Positions 47,897-57,521 are shown, counted from the first letter of the stretch. The stretch: DNA of 64,000 bases from Nitrososphaeria archaeon (GCA_029775855.1 JARVJZ010000006.1:12353-76352), one strand, 5' to 3'. Notes: generated by a model not told the origin, from the sequence alone. Numbers and translations are program-made.

Positions 47897-48139
47897 TTAA
47901 AAGACTGTAAGTAGTGTTTCAGTGTGGACTATATTGGGCATCTTTTCTATAACTTTGTAGAGGGTTTTGCTTATCGTTTCTAAGTCTTCTGCTTCTATTA
48001 CAACTACGGCATCAAACCTTCCATACACAGAATCGGCTTGCACCACACCCTTAATGTTTCTTGCAGCCTTTATGGCATTAACAACCTCCTCTGAAGTGCC
48101 AGGTCTTGTTGTAAGAAGGACATATGCACGCATACACAT
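47897..48139 (-). CDS. Stand-alone Lrp/AsnC ligand-binding (RAM) domain protein, paralogue 1
   Basis: RAYVLLTTRPGTSEEVV...YGRFDAVVVIEAEDLETI...IVHTETLLTVF. About half the residues are identical to paralogue 2. Confidence 0.75.
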   Translation of the reverse strand: MCMRAYVLLTTRPGTSEEVVNAIKAARNIKGVVQADSVYGRFDAVVVIEAEDLETISKTLYKVIEKMPNIVHTETLLTVF

Positions 48140-48142
48140 TAA

Positions 48143-49162
48143 TTGACAAAAGCTCTACTTAAATTCTTCCTATCAATTTGTTATGTTGGAGTAAAAGCGT
48201 TGGAAAAGGCTCATACTGCTGAGCATATTCTTATGGCTAGTATAAAGCGGATTGACCTTGATGCCGTAGCGGTCAAAGTTGTGCATGATGAGAAAGGCAA
48301 CACACTATATTTGCGCATAAAGAGGTTAGATTGGGACATAATAACAGAGGCGGTTAAGGCAGCGAACAGAATAATAGATGAAGGCAGAGCTGTCAAGGAA
48401 TGGTTCTTTGAAAGCTTAGAAGATGCAAAGAAAGCTATACCTAACCTCAGATCTTACGACGAGCGGATATCAGGCAGAGTGAGGGTCATAGAGGTGGAAG
48501 GCTACGACTACTCAGCCTGCACAAGGAAGCACGTCAGCAACACAAAAGAATGTGGATATATAATAGTCACAGGTTTTTCGAAGGCTGGAGAAGATGCTTA
48601 TCAAATAAGATTTGAGGTAGGAGAAAAGGCTAAAGAATATGCAGCAGACACTATAGCACTTCACATGAAGGTCAGCGAAGCACTAGGAGCAACACAGAAG
48701 ACAGTCCTAAGCACAGCGCTCAACCTAAAACAAGAAGCACAAGAGCTAAAGAGAAGACTCGCTGAATTAACCACACACCTACTTAAACACCTAAACCCTG
48801 AAGATTTTTACGGCACCAAACTTTACGCAGCTCTATACAACGGTGTTGACCGCAAATCTCTAATGGACTATGCCGGCGAACTAGCATCAAGAGCGAAGAC
48901 CATTGTACTCTTGGCTGATGCACAGAAGGATGCGCTGGTTGTGCTCTGTAGAAGCAAAGATCTAGCATTTGACTGTAGCACCATTCTGAAAGAAGTGCTT
49001 CAAAAGTTTGGTGGGCGTGGAGGCGGGAAATCTGAATATTCAACTGGAAGTGTGCCTCCAGAAGCTGCTGAGCAGGTTCTAAGCATCCTTAAAGAAGAGT
49101 TAAAAAGGGCTTTTAGTAAAGATTTAAGCGGATTAAACTCTATATATCATAGAGATGGTTAG
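48143..49162 (+). CDS. alaX: AlaX-like trans-editing protein (AlaRS second-additional domain + DHHA1-like C-terminus)
   Basis: Zinc motifs HTAEH and CTRKH, plus C-terminal GGRGGGKSEYSTG as in the AlaRS C-terminus. Start (TTG 48143) uncertain. Confidence 0.75.
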   Translation: MTKALLKFFLSICYVGVKALEKAHTAEHILMASIKRIDLDAVAVKVVHDEKGNTLYLRIKRLDWDIITEAVKAANRIIDEGRAVKEWFFESLEDAKKAIPNLRSYDERISGRVRVIEVEGYDYSACTRKHVSNTKECGYIIVTGFSKAGEDAYQIRFEVGEKAKEYAADTIALHMKVSEALGATQKTVLSTALNLKQEAQELKRRLAELTTHLLKHLNPEDFYGTKLYAALYNGVDRKSLMDYAGELASRAKTIVLLADAQKDALVVLCRSKDLAFDCSTILKEVLQKFGGRGGGKSEYSTGSVPPEAAEQVLSILKEELKRAFSKDLSGLNSIYHRDG

Positions 49163-50426
49163 AAAGAAGATGTCTGGCTTCCCAGATCTTACTACAGTAG
49201 ATAAGGCTTTAGAGAAGATAAGGGAAAACATTAACCTATCTGTTGAGGTTGAGGAAGTGCCTTTATCCGAATGTTCAGGCAGAATTCTAGCTGAAGACAT
49301 AATATCTCCAGTGGATGTGCCGCCGTTTGACCGCTCCGCAGTAGAAGGCTACGCCGTAGTATCTGCTGACACATTTAGCGCATCGACCACCAACCCTATA
49401 GAGCTAAGTGTGATAGGTAGAGCAGAAGCTGGGCAAGAACCGTCACAGCTGCCAGAGGTCACAAGTGGAAAGGCGGTTGAAATATTCACGGGTGCACCCC
49501 TACCTTATGGCGCAGACGCAGTTGTTATGCTTGAGCAGACCAAAAGAATAGGTGAAAAAGTCTTAATATACAGCCCAGCCGCAAAATGGAGAAACGTCTC
49601 CAGACAAGGAGAAGACTTCACAAAGGGCAAACCCATCCTCCTTAAAGGAACAAGAATAAAGCCTTGGCACATAGGTGCACTAGCATCAGCAAACATAACA
49701 AAAGTAAAAGTCTACCGTAAACTCAAGATAGGTATACTATCAACTGGAAGCGAAATTAAAGAAATTGGCGAGGAACTAAGATCAGGTGAAATTGTAAATA
49801 GTAGTAGACCTATGCTAACAGCACTCGTAAAGGAAAGAAACTGCATACCCGTAAACCTAGGCACAGTAGAAGATAACCTTGAAAAAATAACAGAAAGACT
49901 AAAACTCGCCTTAAAGATATGCGACATTATAATCACAACAGGAGGGACAAGCTTAGGTGAAAAAGACCTTGTGCCGGAAGCTGTGCAGAGCCTAGGTTCA
50001 CCAGGCTTGATAGTGCACGGCATAGCTATGAGACCAGCGAAACCTACTGGGGCTGGTTTAGTAGATGGTAAACCCATCTTTATATTATCAGGCTACCCTG
50101 TTTCAGCACTTATAGGCTTTGAAGTCTTTGTGGATGAAGCGATAAACTACATCTACGGCACGAGACCTGAGCCTAGGCCTAGGGTGAAAGGTAAGTTAAC
50201 TAGGAAACTTGCTACTCCTGTGGGTTATCGCTCATTCGTTAGAGCAAGGGTCACTAGAGATTCTTCAGGCTATCTTATAGAACCACTTAGGTTGACGGGC
50301 TCCGGTCTGCTCTCATCTATGACTAAGGCTAACGCTCTGATAGTTGTAGAAGAGAATGTGGAGGGGTTTGACGAAGGAGACGAAGTTGAAGCCTATCTTT
50401 TCCAACCCATAGATGCACCTCTCTAA
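49155..50426 (+). CDS. moeA: Molybdopterin molybdotransferase MoeA
   Basis: 423 aa. PPFDRSAVEGYAV, TGAPLPYGADAVV, IITTGGTSLGEKD and MRPAKP motifs. Confidence 0.9.
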   Translation: MVRKKMSGFPDLTTVDKALEKIRENINLSVEVEEVPLSECSGRILAEDIISPVDVPPFDRSAVEGYAVVSADTFSASTTNPIELSVIGRAEAGQEPSQLPEVTSGKAVEIFTGAPLPYGADAVVMLEQTKRIGEKVLIYSPAAKWRNVSRQGEDFTKGKPILLKGTRIKPWHIGALASANITKVKVYRKLKIGILSTGSEIKEIGEELRSGEIVNSSRPMLTALVKERNCIPVNLGTVEDNLEKITERLKLALKICDIIITTGGTSLGEKDLVPEAVQSLGSPGLIVHGIAMRPAKPTGAGLVDGKPIFILSGYPVSALIGFEVFVDEAINYIYGTRPEPRPRVKGKLTRKLATPVGYRSFVRARVTRDSSGYLIEPLRLTGSGLLSSMTKANALIVVEENVEGFDEGDEVEAYLFQPIDAPL

Positions 50427-50428
50427 AG

Positions 50429-52396
50429 GTGTGGAGATTGGCTGTCGTCTTCCACAAACTGCTAAGCGTAGAAGAAGGTTTAAAGAAGATAGCAGATGCA
50501 TTGGGCGGGCTAAAACCTCTTGGCGTAGAAGAGATACCCCTCCAAGAAGCCTGCGGAAGAATACTAGCTGAAGCGATTTACTCGAAAGCCGATTCACCAC
50601 CCTTCGATAGGGCTGAGATGGATGGATACGCGGTAGACTCAAGGAGCGTGTCAGAAGCTGAGGAAGACAACCCTGTGAAGCTTAAGCTCGTCGGCAAAGT
50701 TGGAGTCGGCGAAAGACCTGGAGTTGAGGTAAAGCTAGGGGAAGCTGTTGAAGTGGCAACTGGAGCACCTATACCAAAAGGTGCAGACTCAGTAGTTATG
50801 GTTGAATACACAAAAAAAGAAGATGAACATATACTGGTATATCGAAGCACAGCACCAGGCGATAACATAGGTGAAACAGGCTCAGATCTAACTATAGGAG
50901 ACATCATACTACACAAAGGCACACTACTTACACCACGAGAGATAGCTGTGCTCATAGTCTCAGGCTACGACAAGGTCAAAGTCTATAAAAAACCCAAGGT
51001 CTCCATCTTCTCAACAGGAGACGAACTCCAACCACCTGGAACAACCCTACTATACGGCAAAGTATATGATGTAAATGGCTTAACACTTAAAGCACTCGCA
51101 GAAGAAAGCGGCGCCTCAGCAAGATACCTAGGCATACTCAAAGATAGATTCGATGAAATCAAAGAAGCATTAACATCAGCCTTAAAGGACTCAGACATCA
51201 TAATAACCTCAGGAAGCACTTCAGCAGGTTTAGGCGACATCATCTACAGAGTAATAGATGAACTCGGAGAGCCAGGACTTTTAGTTCACGGATTAAAGAT
51301 CAAACCAGGAAAGCCTACAGTAGCTGGTGTGTTAAACGGTAAGATCTTTATCGGTCTACCAGGTTTCCCACTGTCATCTATGATAGCCTTCTATGTGTTC
51401 GCTAAACCGATCATACAGAGATTGGCTGGATTTAGTGGAGATTTTGAAGCTCTTCAAGAAGCGGCGCTACCCTATCGTGTTTCTGCTGGTAGGGGTAGGA
51501 GAGAGTATGTGCCTGTGCATCTTGTATCTACACATAGAGGGTTTGTTGCTTACCCTGTTTTAGGCAGCCCTGGTGCTGCTTCGGTTCTAAGTTTTGCTGA
51601 TGGCTTTGTTGAGGTTGGTGAGGAGAGAGAGTTTATTGATGAGGGTGAAGTTGTTAAAGTTCGTCTTTTATCTCAGCGTCTTAAGCCGGTTGATCTTGTA
51701 GTGATAGGTAGCCACTGTCCTGCGGTTAGTTTATTGGTGGAGCTGGCTGGATTAAGTGCTAAGATAGTTAATGTAGGTAGCCTTATGGGTTGGTTCGCTG
51801 TTAAACGCGGGGAAGCAGATGTGGCGGGAACACATCTCCTCCACGAGCAAACCTTAGAATATAATAGACCGTTCATCAAGATATATGGGCTTCAAGAAGA
51901 CGCTGTGTTAATCAGAGGTTACTCGAGGATGCAAGGTTTCATAGTCAAAAAAGGCAACCCAAAACAGATACTCTCGTTCAAAGACTTGCTTAGGGAAGAT
52001 GTTGTATTTATAAACAGAAATAAGGGTTCTGGAACTAGGGTGCTTATAGACCACAATTTATCTACTATAATACCCCTAAGCGAGGCGGTGTCGAGGATAA
52101 GGGGCTACACAAGAGAAGCAAAGACGCACTCCGCAGTAGCTGCTGCAGTGGCGCAAAGTAGGGCTGATGTTGGCGTTGGAATTGAAGTTTGGGCTTCAGC
52201 CTATGGGCTTGACTTTATACCCATCGCAGAAGAGAGATTCGACTTCCTTATACCAGCCGCAAAACTAGATAAGGCTTCGGTGCAAAGATTCGTTAAAACA
52301 CTGTCATCAAAGAGGTTTGCAGAAGTGCTCCAACTGAGCCTCAAAGGATATACAGTAAGCGAAGATAGCGGGAGCATAATATACTCACCCAAGTAA
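50429..52396 (+). CDS. moeA: MoeA paralogue fused to a C-terminal periplasmic-binding-protein-like domain
   Basis: aa 1-410 contain MoeA motifs (PPFDRAEMDGYAV, IITSGSTSAGLGD, IKPGKP). A further 240 aa (VVIGSHCPAV...GNPKQI...RNKGSGTR) resemble a PBP-like anion-binding fold. Confidence 0.85.
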   Translation: MWRLAVVFHKLLSVEEGLKKIADALGGLKPLGVEEIPLQEACGRILAEAIYSKADSPPFDRAEMDGYAVDSRSVSEAEEDNPVKLKLVGKVGVGERPGVEVKLGEAVEVATGAPIPKGADSVVMVEYTKKEDEHILVYRSTAPGDNIGETGSDLTIGDIILHKGTLLTPREIAVLIVSGYDKVKVYKKPKVSIFSTGDELQPPGTTLLYGKVYDVNGLTLKALAEESGASARYLGILKDRFDEIKEALTSALKDSDIIITSGSTSAGLGDIIYRVIDELGEPGLLVHGLKIKPGKPTVAGVLNGKIFIGLPGFPLSSMIAFYVFAKPIIQRLAGFSGDFEALQEAALPYRVSAGRGRREYVPVHLVSTHRGFVAYPVLGSPGAASVLSFADGFVEVGEEREFIDEGEVVKVRLLSQRLKPVDLVVIGSHCPAVSLLVELAGLSAKIVNVGSLMGWFAVKRGEADVAGTHLLHEQTLEYNRPFIKIYGLQEDAVLIRGYSRMQGFIVKKGNPKQILSFKDLLREDVVFINRNKGSGTRVLIDHNLSTIIPLSEAVSRIRGYTREAKTHSAVAAAVAQSRADVGVGIEVWASAYGLDFIPIAEERFDFLIPAAKLDKASVQRFVKTLSSKRFAEVLQLSLKGYTVSEDSGSIIYSPK

Positions 52397-52454
52397 ATTA
52401 AGGATAAGTGGCTCTGCATAAATATAAGCAACACTACCAACAATAGTGCGAAAG

Positions 52455-52533
52455 GGGGTCGTCGGCTAGTCTGGTCTAGGCTACATGGCTCGGGCCCATG
52501 TGATCGTGGGTTCAAATCCCACCGACCCCACCA
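52455..52533 (+). tRNA. tRNA-Pro (anticodon CGG), no intron, CCA encoded
   Basis: Hand-folded cloverleaf: acceptor GGGGTCG/CGACCCC, anticodon stem CATGG/CCATG, loop CTCGGGC (CGG at 52491-52493), T arm GTGGG-TTCAAAT-CCCAC, discriminator A, CCA. Confidence 0.93.
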
Positions 52534-52570
52534 AAGCCAAGATTCTTACCAACATCTCTTGTGTGAGGGG

Positions 52571-53059
52571 CTATTCTAAACTATAACGTTCCTTTAACTT
52601 CGTTCTCTTAGCAAGATTATTCTCATGAACGTTCTTCACAGCTTTTAGCGCCTCTCGAACCCCCTCTTCTAAGGATGCTAATTCCTCATCCCCAATCTCC
52701 TTCACCAACTGCTCGAGTTGATGATACGCAGTGACCACCTCTTTTACATCTCCTTCAACTGGCAGCTTGGCGAATACATCTTTGGCAGCATTGAGGTATC
52801 TTGGGAACCAGTTTCTGTAGATCGGCTCGTGTAGTCTATGGATCCACCTACATGTCTCTAAAATCTTGCTCTCTTCAGATGAAGGAGATGAATGCGCCAC
52901 GACTTCGTAGGATATTCGCTCACAGTCTTCAAAGAGATCAACGTTTTCGCGTGAGATTTTGAGCTGTTTAACAATTTCTAGCGCCCTCTTTACAACTGCT
53001 TGCTTACCAGAACCAATGTAAGCAATACATCCACATAATTCACACATACATTTGAACAC
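52571..53059 (-). CDS. Hypothetical protein with an N-terminal Cys cluster
   Basis: 162 aa, helical, starts MFKCMCELCGCIAYIG. No family recognised. Confidence 0.3.
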   Translation of the reverse strand: MFKCMCELCGCIAYIGSGKQAVVKRALEIVKQLKISRENVDLFEDCERISYEVVAHSSPSSEESKILETCRWIHRLHEPIYRNWFPRYLNAAKDVFAKLPVEGDVKEVVTAYHQLEQLVKEIGDEELASLEEGVREALKAVKNVHENNLAKRTKLKERYSLE

Positions 53060-53175
53060 CTTTTTCTAGTAACACCTCTAAACATCAACTTGATGATATA
53101 AGGTATTTTCCTAACAAATAAGGCTCTTGAATTCTTACTATTTGATTACAGCAATAAGGTCAAAAATGAGAGACG

Positions 53176-54141
53176 CTACCTTCTAAACTCGGGTATGACC
53201 TTCTCTCCGAAGAGTCTAATAGGCTCAAGTGTATCTACATCTGGGAAGTTCATAACAAAGAATGTTACACCAAGTCCTAAGAAAGTTCTTAGTTGCTCTA
53301 CACATTCTTCTGGTGTGCCCTCTACTCTCCTCTGCTTAGCTACATATTCCCCTATCGATATGCTTCCAGGCTTAAACTTCTTAACCTTCTCCGCTAAACT
53401 TGCTTTATCTTTGGCTACTACACATCCTATTCCTAGACCTCGTTTAATCTCTCCGCCGCTTCTGTTGAATCGTCTTCTATATTCTTCGACTCTGCCGCAC
53501 ATCTTAGCATATTCGTCTTCAGCTGGTAGGTATAGGCTTGATATTGTCCACACATCTGCGTGCTTAGCGACTAACTCAAGCATCTTGCTTCTACCCTTCA
53601 TTATCCCTATCCATATAGGTGGGGTAGGCTTTTGTTTGGGTTTAGGGTAGGAATATGCATCCCTCAGCTTATAGAACCTTCCTTCGAATGTGACTTTGTC
53701 CTCTGCCCAGAGCTTCTTTAATATGGTTAGAGATTCGTCGAGCATCGCGATTCTATCTGTAGTCTTAGGGAAGGGGATGCCGTGCGCAATACACTCTTCT
53801 TCATACCATCCTGCACCAATACCTAAGTCAAGCCGACCATCACTTATATCGTCAAGGGTTGAAGCCATCTTAGCCACCAGAGAAGGATGCCGGAATAAGT
53901 TATTGACAACGATTGTGCAGAGCCTAATCTTTGATGTCGCCTCAGCCAAAGCCGATAGAACACTCCAGCATTCAAGGTATGGATTCTGAGGCTTACCAAC
54001 ATCATACAAGTGGTCGCTGAGCCAAACGAAGTCAAACCCTTGCCTCTCACACTCCAAAACAGTCCTCTTGATCGTCTTGTAGTCTGTGCAAGCCTGCTCT
54101 ATATTCGCGCCAAAAAAGACCCGCCGCAACTTAACCGACAA
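53176..54141 (-). CDS. Luciferase-like (LLM class) flavin/F420-dependent oxidoreductase
   Basis: GFDFVWLSDHL, LDDISDGRLDLGIGAGW and TIM-barrel LLM layout. 321 aa. Confidence 0.8.
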   Translation of the reverse strand: MSVKLRRVFFGANIEQACTDYKTIKRTVLECERQGFDFVWLSDHLYDVGKPQNPYLECWSVLSALAEATSKIRLCTIVVNNLFRHPSLVAKMASTLDDISDGRLDLGIGAGWYEEECIAHGIPFPKTTDRIAMLDESLTILKKLWAEDKVTFEGRFYKLRDAYSYPKPKQKPTPPIWIGIMKGRSKMLELVAKHADVWTISSLYLPAEDEYAKMCGRVEEYRRRFNRSGGEIKRGLGIGCVVAKDKASLAEKVKKFKPGSISIGEYVAKQRRVEGTPEECVEQLRTFLGLGVTFFVMNFPDVDTLEPIRLFGEKVIPEFRR

Positions 54142-54151
54142 CAGAATTATG

Positions 54152-55726
54152 CTACTCGCTCTTAACCCTACCGCTCAAACTAAACTTAGCAAGCCTCTCC
54201 ACATAGCTAAGGATTGGGCGAATTAGGGGCCAGAGTAAACCGAGTTTACTTACGATCTGCTTAAGGTTTTCAACATCGTTTTCAGCGACAGCTCCTAAGA
54301 GGGGTAGCAGAGTTATGTATGTAACAAAGTATAGTAAAACGCCTAATATTAGGCTGAGTAGGCTTCCAAGTCTTAAAGTGAGTAGCCCTAAAGTTGGTAT
54401 AGAAGCCAGCAGCGATGTAAGAAGTATAAGCATAGAGGATTTGTAATCAATATTTACCCCAAGCCTTTTGACTGCTGCGTAAAGGCAGTATAGTAGAGAG
54501 GCTAGAGAAGATATTAGTGTAGCCACAATCATACCATCCACTTTATAGAGCGGCGTCAATACACTAACAAGAGGTAGAAAGAGGAAGAAGTTGACCAACT
54601 CAGCTCTTAAGATGATAACCGTCTGACCCACACCACTTAGCAGATACGTTAAAACGATTAGACCAACAACAACATAAAGAAACTGTATCATAAAGAGGGT
54701 AAGAAAACGAGGCGCCAAATCGAAAGCCCTACTGTAGAGCGTAAAAATGAGCTCCTTTGATAGCACCATAACTAATATTGTAGATGGCACCATAAGAAGC
54801 GACGCATACTTCACACACGCTTTAAACATCGTTCTAAGGTCGGATTCGTCCTTAAGTTTTGAGAAGGCTGGGAAGAGGGCGCTAAGAGGTAAGATCAGAA
54901 CATTCATCGCAGAAGACAGAGTTAAGACAGCACTAAAGTTGCCTATTTCAGCGTCAGAAGCGAAGTAGGCAAGTATAAGAATTCTTAATTGACTTATGAT
55001 TATGCCGATTATATTTGAGAGATAGAGTGGGAAGCCGTAGCGAAGCATAACCTTAAGAGTGGATGCGGTGCTGTCTGCTGATGGCTTACCTAGAGTAGTA
55101 AGATAGATATTCAGCATGAAGTAGCCAACAAAAGCTGGTAGAAGATAACTCACAACATAACTTGCTAAAGCTCCAGAAACACCTAACCCTATTAATATTA
55201 GAATAGGGGATAGCGTCGTCTTCACCACACTTTGAGTAATCAAAAGTGTAGAATATTCTCTCATTTTATCGAGCCCTAAGAACGCTGAGTTGTTTAAGGT
55301 GAATACTGAAGATACAAGCACAGCAAAAGATGAAATTCTTATGAGGGAAGATGCTTCAGGTCTATTTAGGAGATAGGCTAAGTTTTCAGAAAGAAGGAAG
55401 AACGCTGCTGAAACTACAGAGCCTATGAGCACTCTATTAATGTATGAGACTCTAAGCATCTTAGAGAGTAAGCTTAGTCTTCCCTCAACCCTTAACTTGG
55501 CTGAAAAGTGTGTTACAGCTGGGTTTATCCCAAGATCTATAAAGCCTACTACTAGTGAGGGTAAGGCAAGGGACAGCGTATACAAGCCTAAGCCTTCTGG
55601 GCCTAGAAGCCTAGCTACGATAATTGAGCCTATAGCTAGTATGATCGTTGAGAAGGCGTTTCCTGTGAATAGGTGTAGACCTCCTTTAGCAAAGTCTTCT
55701 GCAACTTCTTTGATGTGTTTAGACAT
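54152..55726 (-). CDS. MOP-superfamily oligosaccharide/polysaccharide flippase (Wzx-like)
   Basis: 524 aa, about 14 TM helices. The N-terminal region FTGNAFSTIILAIGSIIVARLLGPEGLGLY is typical of Polysacc_synt proteins. Confidence 0.75.
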   Translation of the reverse strand: MSKHIKEVAEDFAKGGLHLFTGNAFSTIILAIGSIIVARLLGPEGLGLYTLSLALPSLVVGFIDLGINPAVTHFSAKLRVEGRLSLLSKMLRVSYINRVLIGSVVSAAFFLLSENLAYLLNRPEASSLIRISSFAVLVSSVFTLNNSAFLGLDKMREYSTLLITQSVVKTTLSPILILIGLGVSGALASYVVSYLLPAFVGYFMLNIYLTTLGKPSADSTASTLKVMLRYGFPLYLSNIIGIIISQLRILILAYFASDAEIGNFSAVLTLSSAMNVLILPLSALFPAFSKLKDESDLRTMFKACVKYASLLMVPSTILVMVLSKELIFTLYSRAFDLAPRFLTLFMIQFLYVVVGLIVLTYLLSGVGQTVIILRAELVNFFLFLPLVSVLTPLYKVDGMIVATLISSLASLLYCLYAAVKRLGVNIDYKSSMLILLTSLLASIPTLGLLTLRLGSLLSLILGVLLYFVTYITLLPLLGAVAENDVENLKQIVSKLGLLWPLIRPILSYVERLAKFSLSGRVKSE

Positions 55727-55806
55727 ATTCTATTTCAACCGATCTAAAGCAGCAACTAAACAAAGCGTTGATGGTGCTTAATAAGTGGTATTAATCTTTA
55801 ATCTAT

Positions 55807-57021
55807 TTGCTAAACCTTAAAGAGCCTCAAGTTAGCTGCGTTGTCATATTGCCTAAACATAGCCTAAATGTGGTTGCGGCTCTAACGCCTTGTATATTTG
55901 CCTTCTTGATTTACGCAATGTTCAGATTTTCTATCGGCTTAGCCCTACCAGAGCTGATGCTTGAATACAACTTAACACACTTTATGGAGGGGCAGCTCAT
56001 CGCTTTACAACTTCTAGCAGCTACAGTAACTACTGGATTAGCTGGATTTCTCAGTGACAGAATAGGAGCAAAAACAGTGCTAATAACTGGTGTCTTACTG
56101 TATTCACTCTTTTTGATAGCGGCTATGGCTGCACCCAACTACATACTTCTACTCATATTGCTCACCATAAGCGGGCTTGGCGCTGGGTTAATGCTGCCAC
56201 CAGTCTACATTTTAGCCGGCGAACTTCTACCTAGGAGCAGAGGCTCCGCAATAGGAGCGGTAGGAAGCTTCTATAACATAGGTGGACTTATTGGACCCAT
56301 CTTTGTAGGCAATTACCTTCTTAGCGGCGATTGGAGGACGCCATTCATCTGGATAGGTGTAATAGGTTTATTTTCAGCATTAGCCCAATCCATCTTAGTC
56401 AAGCAACCTAAGAGTGTTAGAGCGGATAAGGTTAGGGGCGCCGCTACTAAAATTTTACAAAACCGTAATATACTGATACTTGGGTTAAGTATACTTATAG
56501 CAGACTCAGCCTTTGTAGGCTTCGTAACTTGGGCCCCTACCTTCCTTAGGCAAGACCTTTTAATGTCTCCTGACGAAGCTGGTTATCTTTTCGGCGCATC
56601 TACAGCAATTGGCGCTTTAGGGATAGTGTTGATGGGCTACCTTCAAGACAGAGTAGATGGTAAAAAGGTCATCTTAGCGAACAGTCTGACTTCAGCTATA
56701 CTCACTTTTACACTCCTAACACAAAGATACAAGCTCTTGACAGCACCTATACTTCTCCTCTCAGGATTCTTTATGAACTGCTTCTGGACATTAATATCCG
56801 CTCAGGCGCAAAAGAGTGTTAAAGAAGGGGAGATAGGCTCAGCCACTGGGATAGTTCAGAACTTAGGTATGCTTGGCGCCATAATAGGTCCCGCACTTAT
56901 AGGTTGGCTGACTGAGATGATGACTCTATCATTAGCTCTAATAATAGCGGTCAGCGGGTTCTACCTTATATCTAGCAGTCTTATCTTCCTCTACAAACAT
57001 CAAGTAAAACCGAGATCTTAG
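55807..57021 (+). CDS. MFS transporter
   Basis: 12 predicted TM helices. Loop 2-3 motif GFLSDRIGAKT (MFS signature). Start codon uncertain. Confidence 0.85.
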   Translation: MLNLKEPQVSCVVILPKHSLNVVAALTPCIFAFLIYAMFRFSIGLALPELMLEYNLTHFMEGQLIALQLLAATVTTGLAGFLSDRIGAKTVLITGVLLYSLFLIAAMAAPNYILLLILLTISGLGAGLMLPPVYILAGELLPRSRGSAIGAVGSFYNIGGLIGPIFVGNYLLSGDWRTPFIWIGVIGLFSALAQSILVKQPKSVRADKVRGAATKILQNRNILILGLSILIADSAFVGFVTWAPTFLRQDLLMSPDEAGYLFGASTAIGALGIVLMGYLQDRVDGKKVILANSLTSAILTFTLLTQRYKLLTAPILLLSGFFMNCFWTLISAQAQKSVKEGEIGSATGIVQNLGMLGAIIGPALIGWLTEMMTLSLALIIAVSGFYLISSSLIFLYKHQVKPRS

Positions 57022-57034
57022 AGTAAACGTTACA

Positions 57035-57196
57035 CTACCTACAACCCTTCAAACGCCTTGAATATCCTCGGTCTTCAGGAGCCCTATGTATGTCTGAGCT
57101 GCTGCACTTTGGGCAGCATCTTGGTCTTCCTGTGCCGTAAGGCTCGTTCCAAGTGTGCCCGCATTTGTAGCATTTGAACTTCCTTTCAGATTCCAC
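57035..57196 (-). CDS. Unannotated 53-aa zinc-ribbon protein (FmdB/CxxC_CxxC_SSSS-like)
   Basis: Hand translation: (GTG)ESERKFKCYKCGHTWNEPYGTGRPRCCPKCSSSDIHRAPEDRGYSRRLKGCR*. GGAGGTGA lies 10 nt upstream of the GTG, inside the 3' end of the DUF134 gene. Below the ORF-track size cutoff. Confidence 0.5.
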   Translation of the reverse strand: MESERKFKCYKCGHTWNEPYGTGRPRCCPKCSSSDIHRAPEDRGYSRRLKGCR

Positions 57197-57201
57197 TTTT
57201 A

Positions 57202-57486
57202 TTATTTCACCTCCTCTATTCTGATGGCTTTGCCGTTGACCAAGGCGTCTGCGATCTTTTTGCGGGCTGCTGTTAGGATTCTGTTTAGGGTTGGTTGCGA
57301 GATGCCCATCTGCTCAGCCGCCTTTATCTGCTCTAATTCCAAGAAGTCAGCCAGCCTCAGAGCTTCGAGTTCGTCTGATGTGATGGATACTTCGTCTAAT
57401 TCTCTTAATGGGACGCCTCTCGGTTTATAGTATACGACTCTAGGTGTGAAGGCGATTCTTCTACAACACCTTGGTCTAGGCAACAT
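57202..57486 (-). CDS. DUF134 (UPF0251) predicted DNA-binding protein
   Basis: MLPRPRCCRRIAFTPRVVYYKPRGVPL...ITSDELEALRLADFLELEQIKAAEQMGISQPTLNRILTAARKKIADAL is the family hallmark (MPRPxKCR..., sigma-70 region-4-like HTH). ATG at 57486. Confidence 0.8.
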   Translation of the reverse strand: MLPRPRCCRRIAFTPRVVYYKPRGVPLRELDEVSITSDELEALRLADFLELEQIKAAEQMGISQPTLNRILTAARKKIADALVNGKAIRIEEVK

Positions 57487-57521
57487 AAAGAATAAATATT
57501 CATAACTATATAAGCATATTG
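57487..57521. promoter_or_regulatory. 35-nt bidirectional promoter region between the DUF134 and NifX-like genes
   Basis: AAAGAATAAATATTCATAACTATATAAGCATATTG holds two TATA-like boxes (AATAAATATT and, on the other strand, TTATATAGTTAT). Each lies about 25 nt from the start codon of the gene on the far side. Confidence 0.45.

Noticed and set aside
53085-53100. C-box-like TTGATGATA in the spacer upstream of the 52571-53059 ORF
   Set aside because: No CUGA D box or terminal stem occurs within the next 70 nt on either strand.
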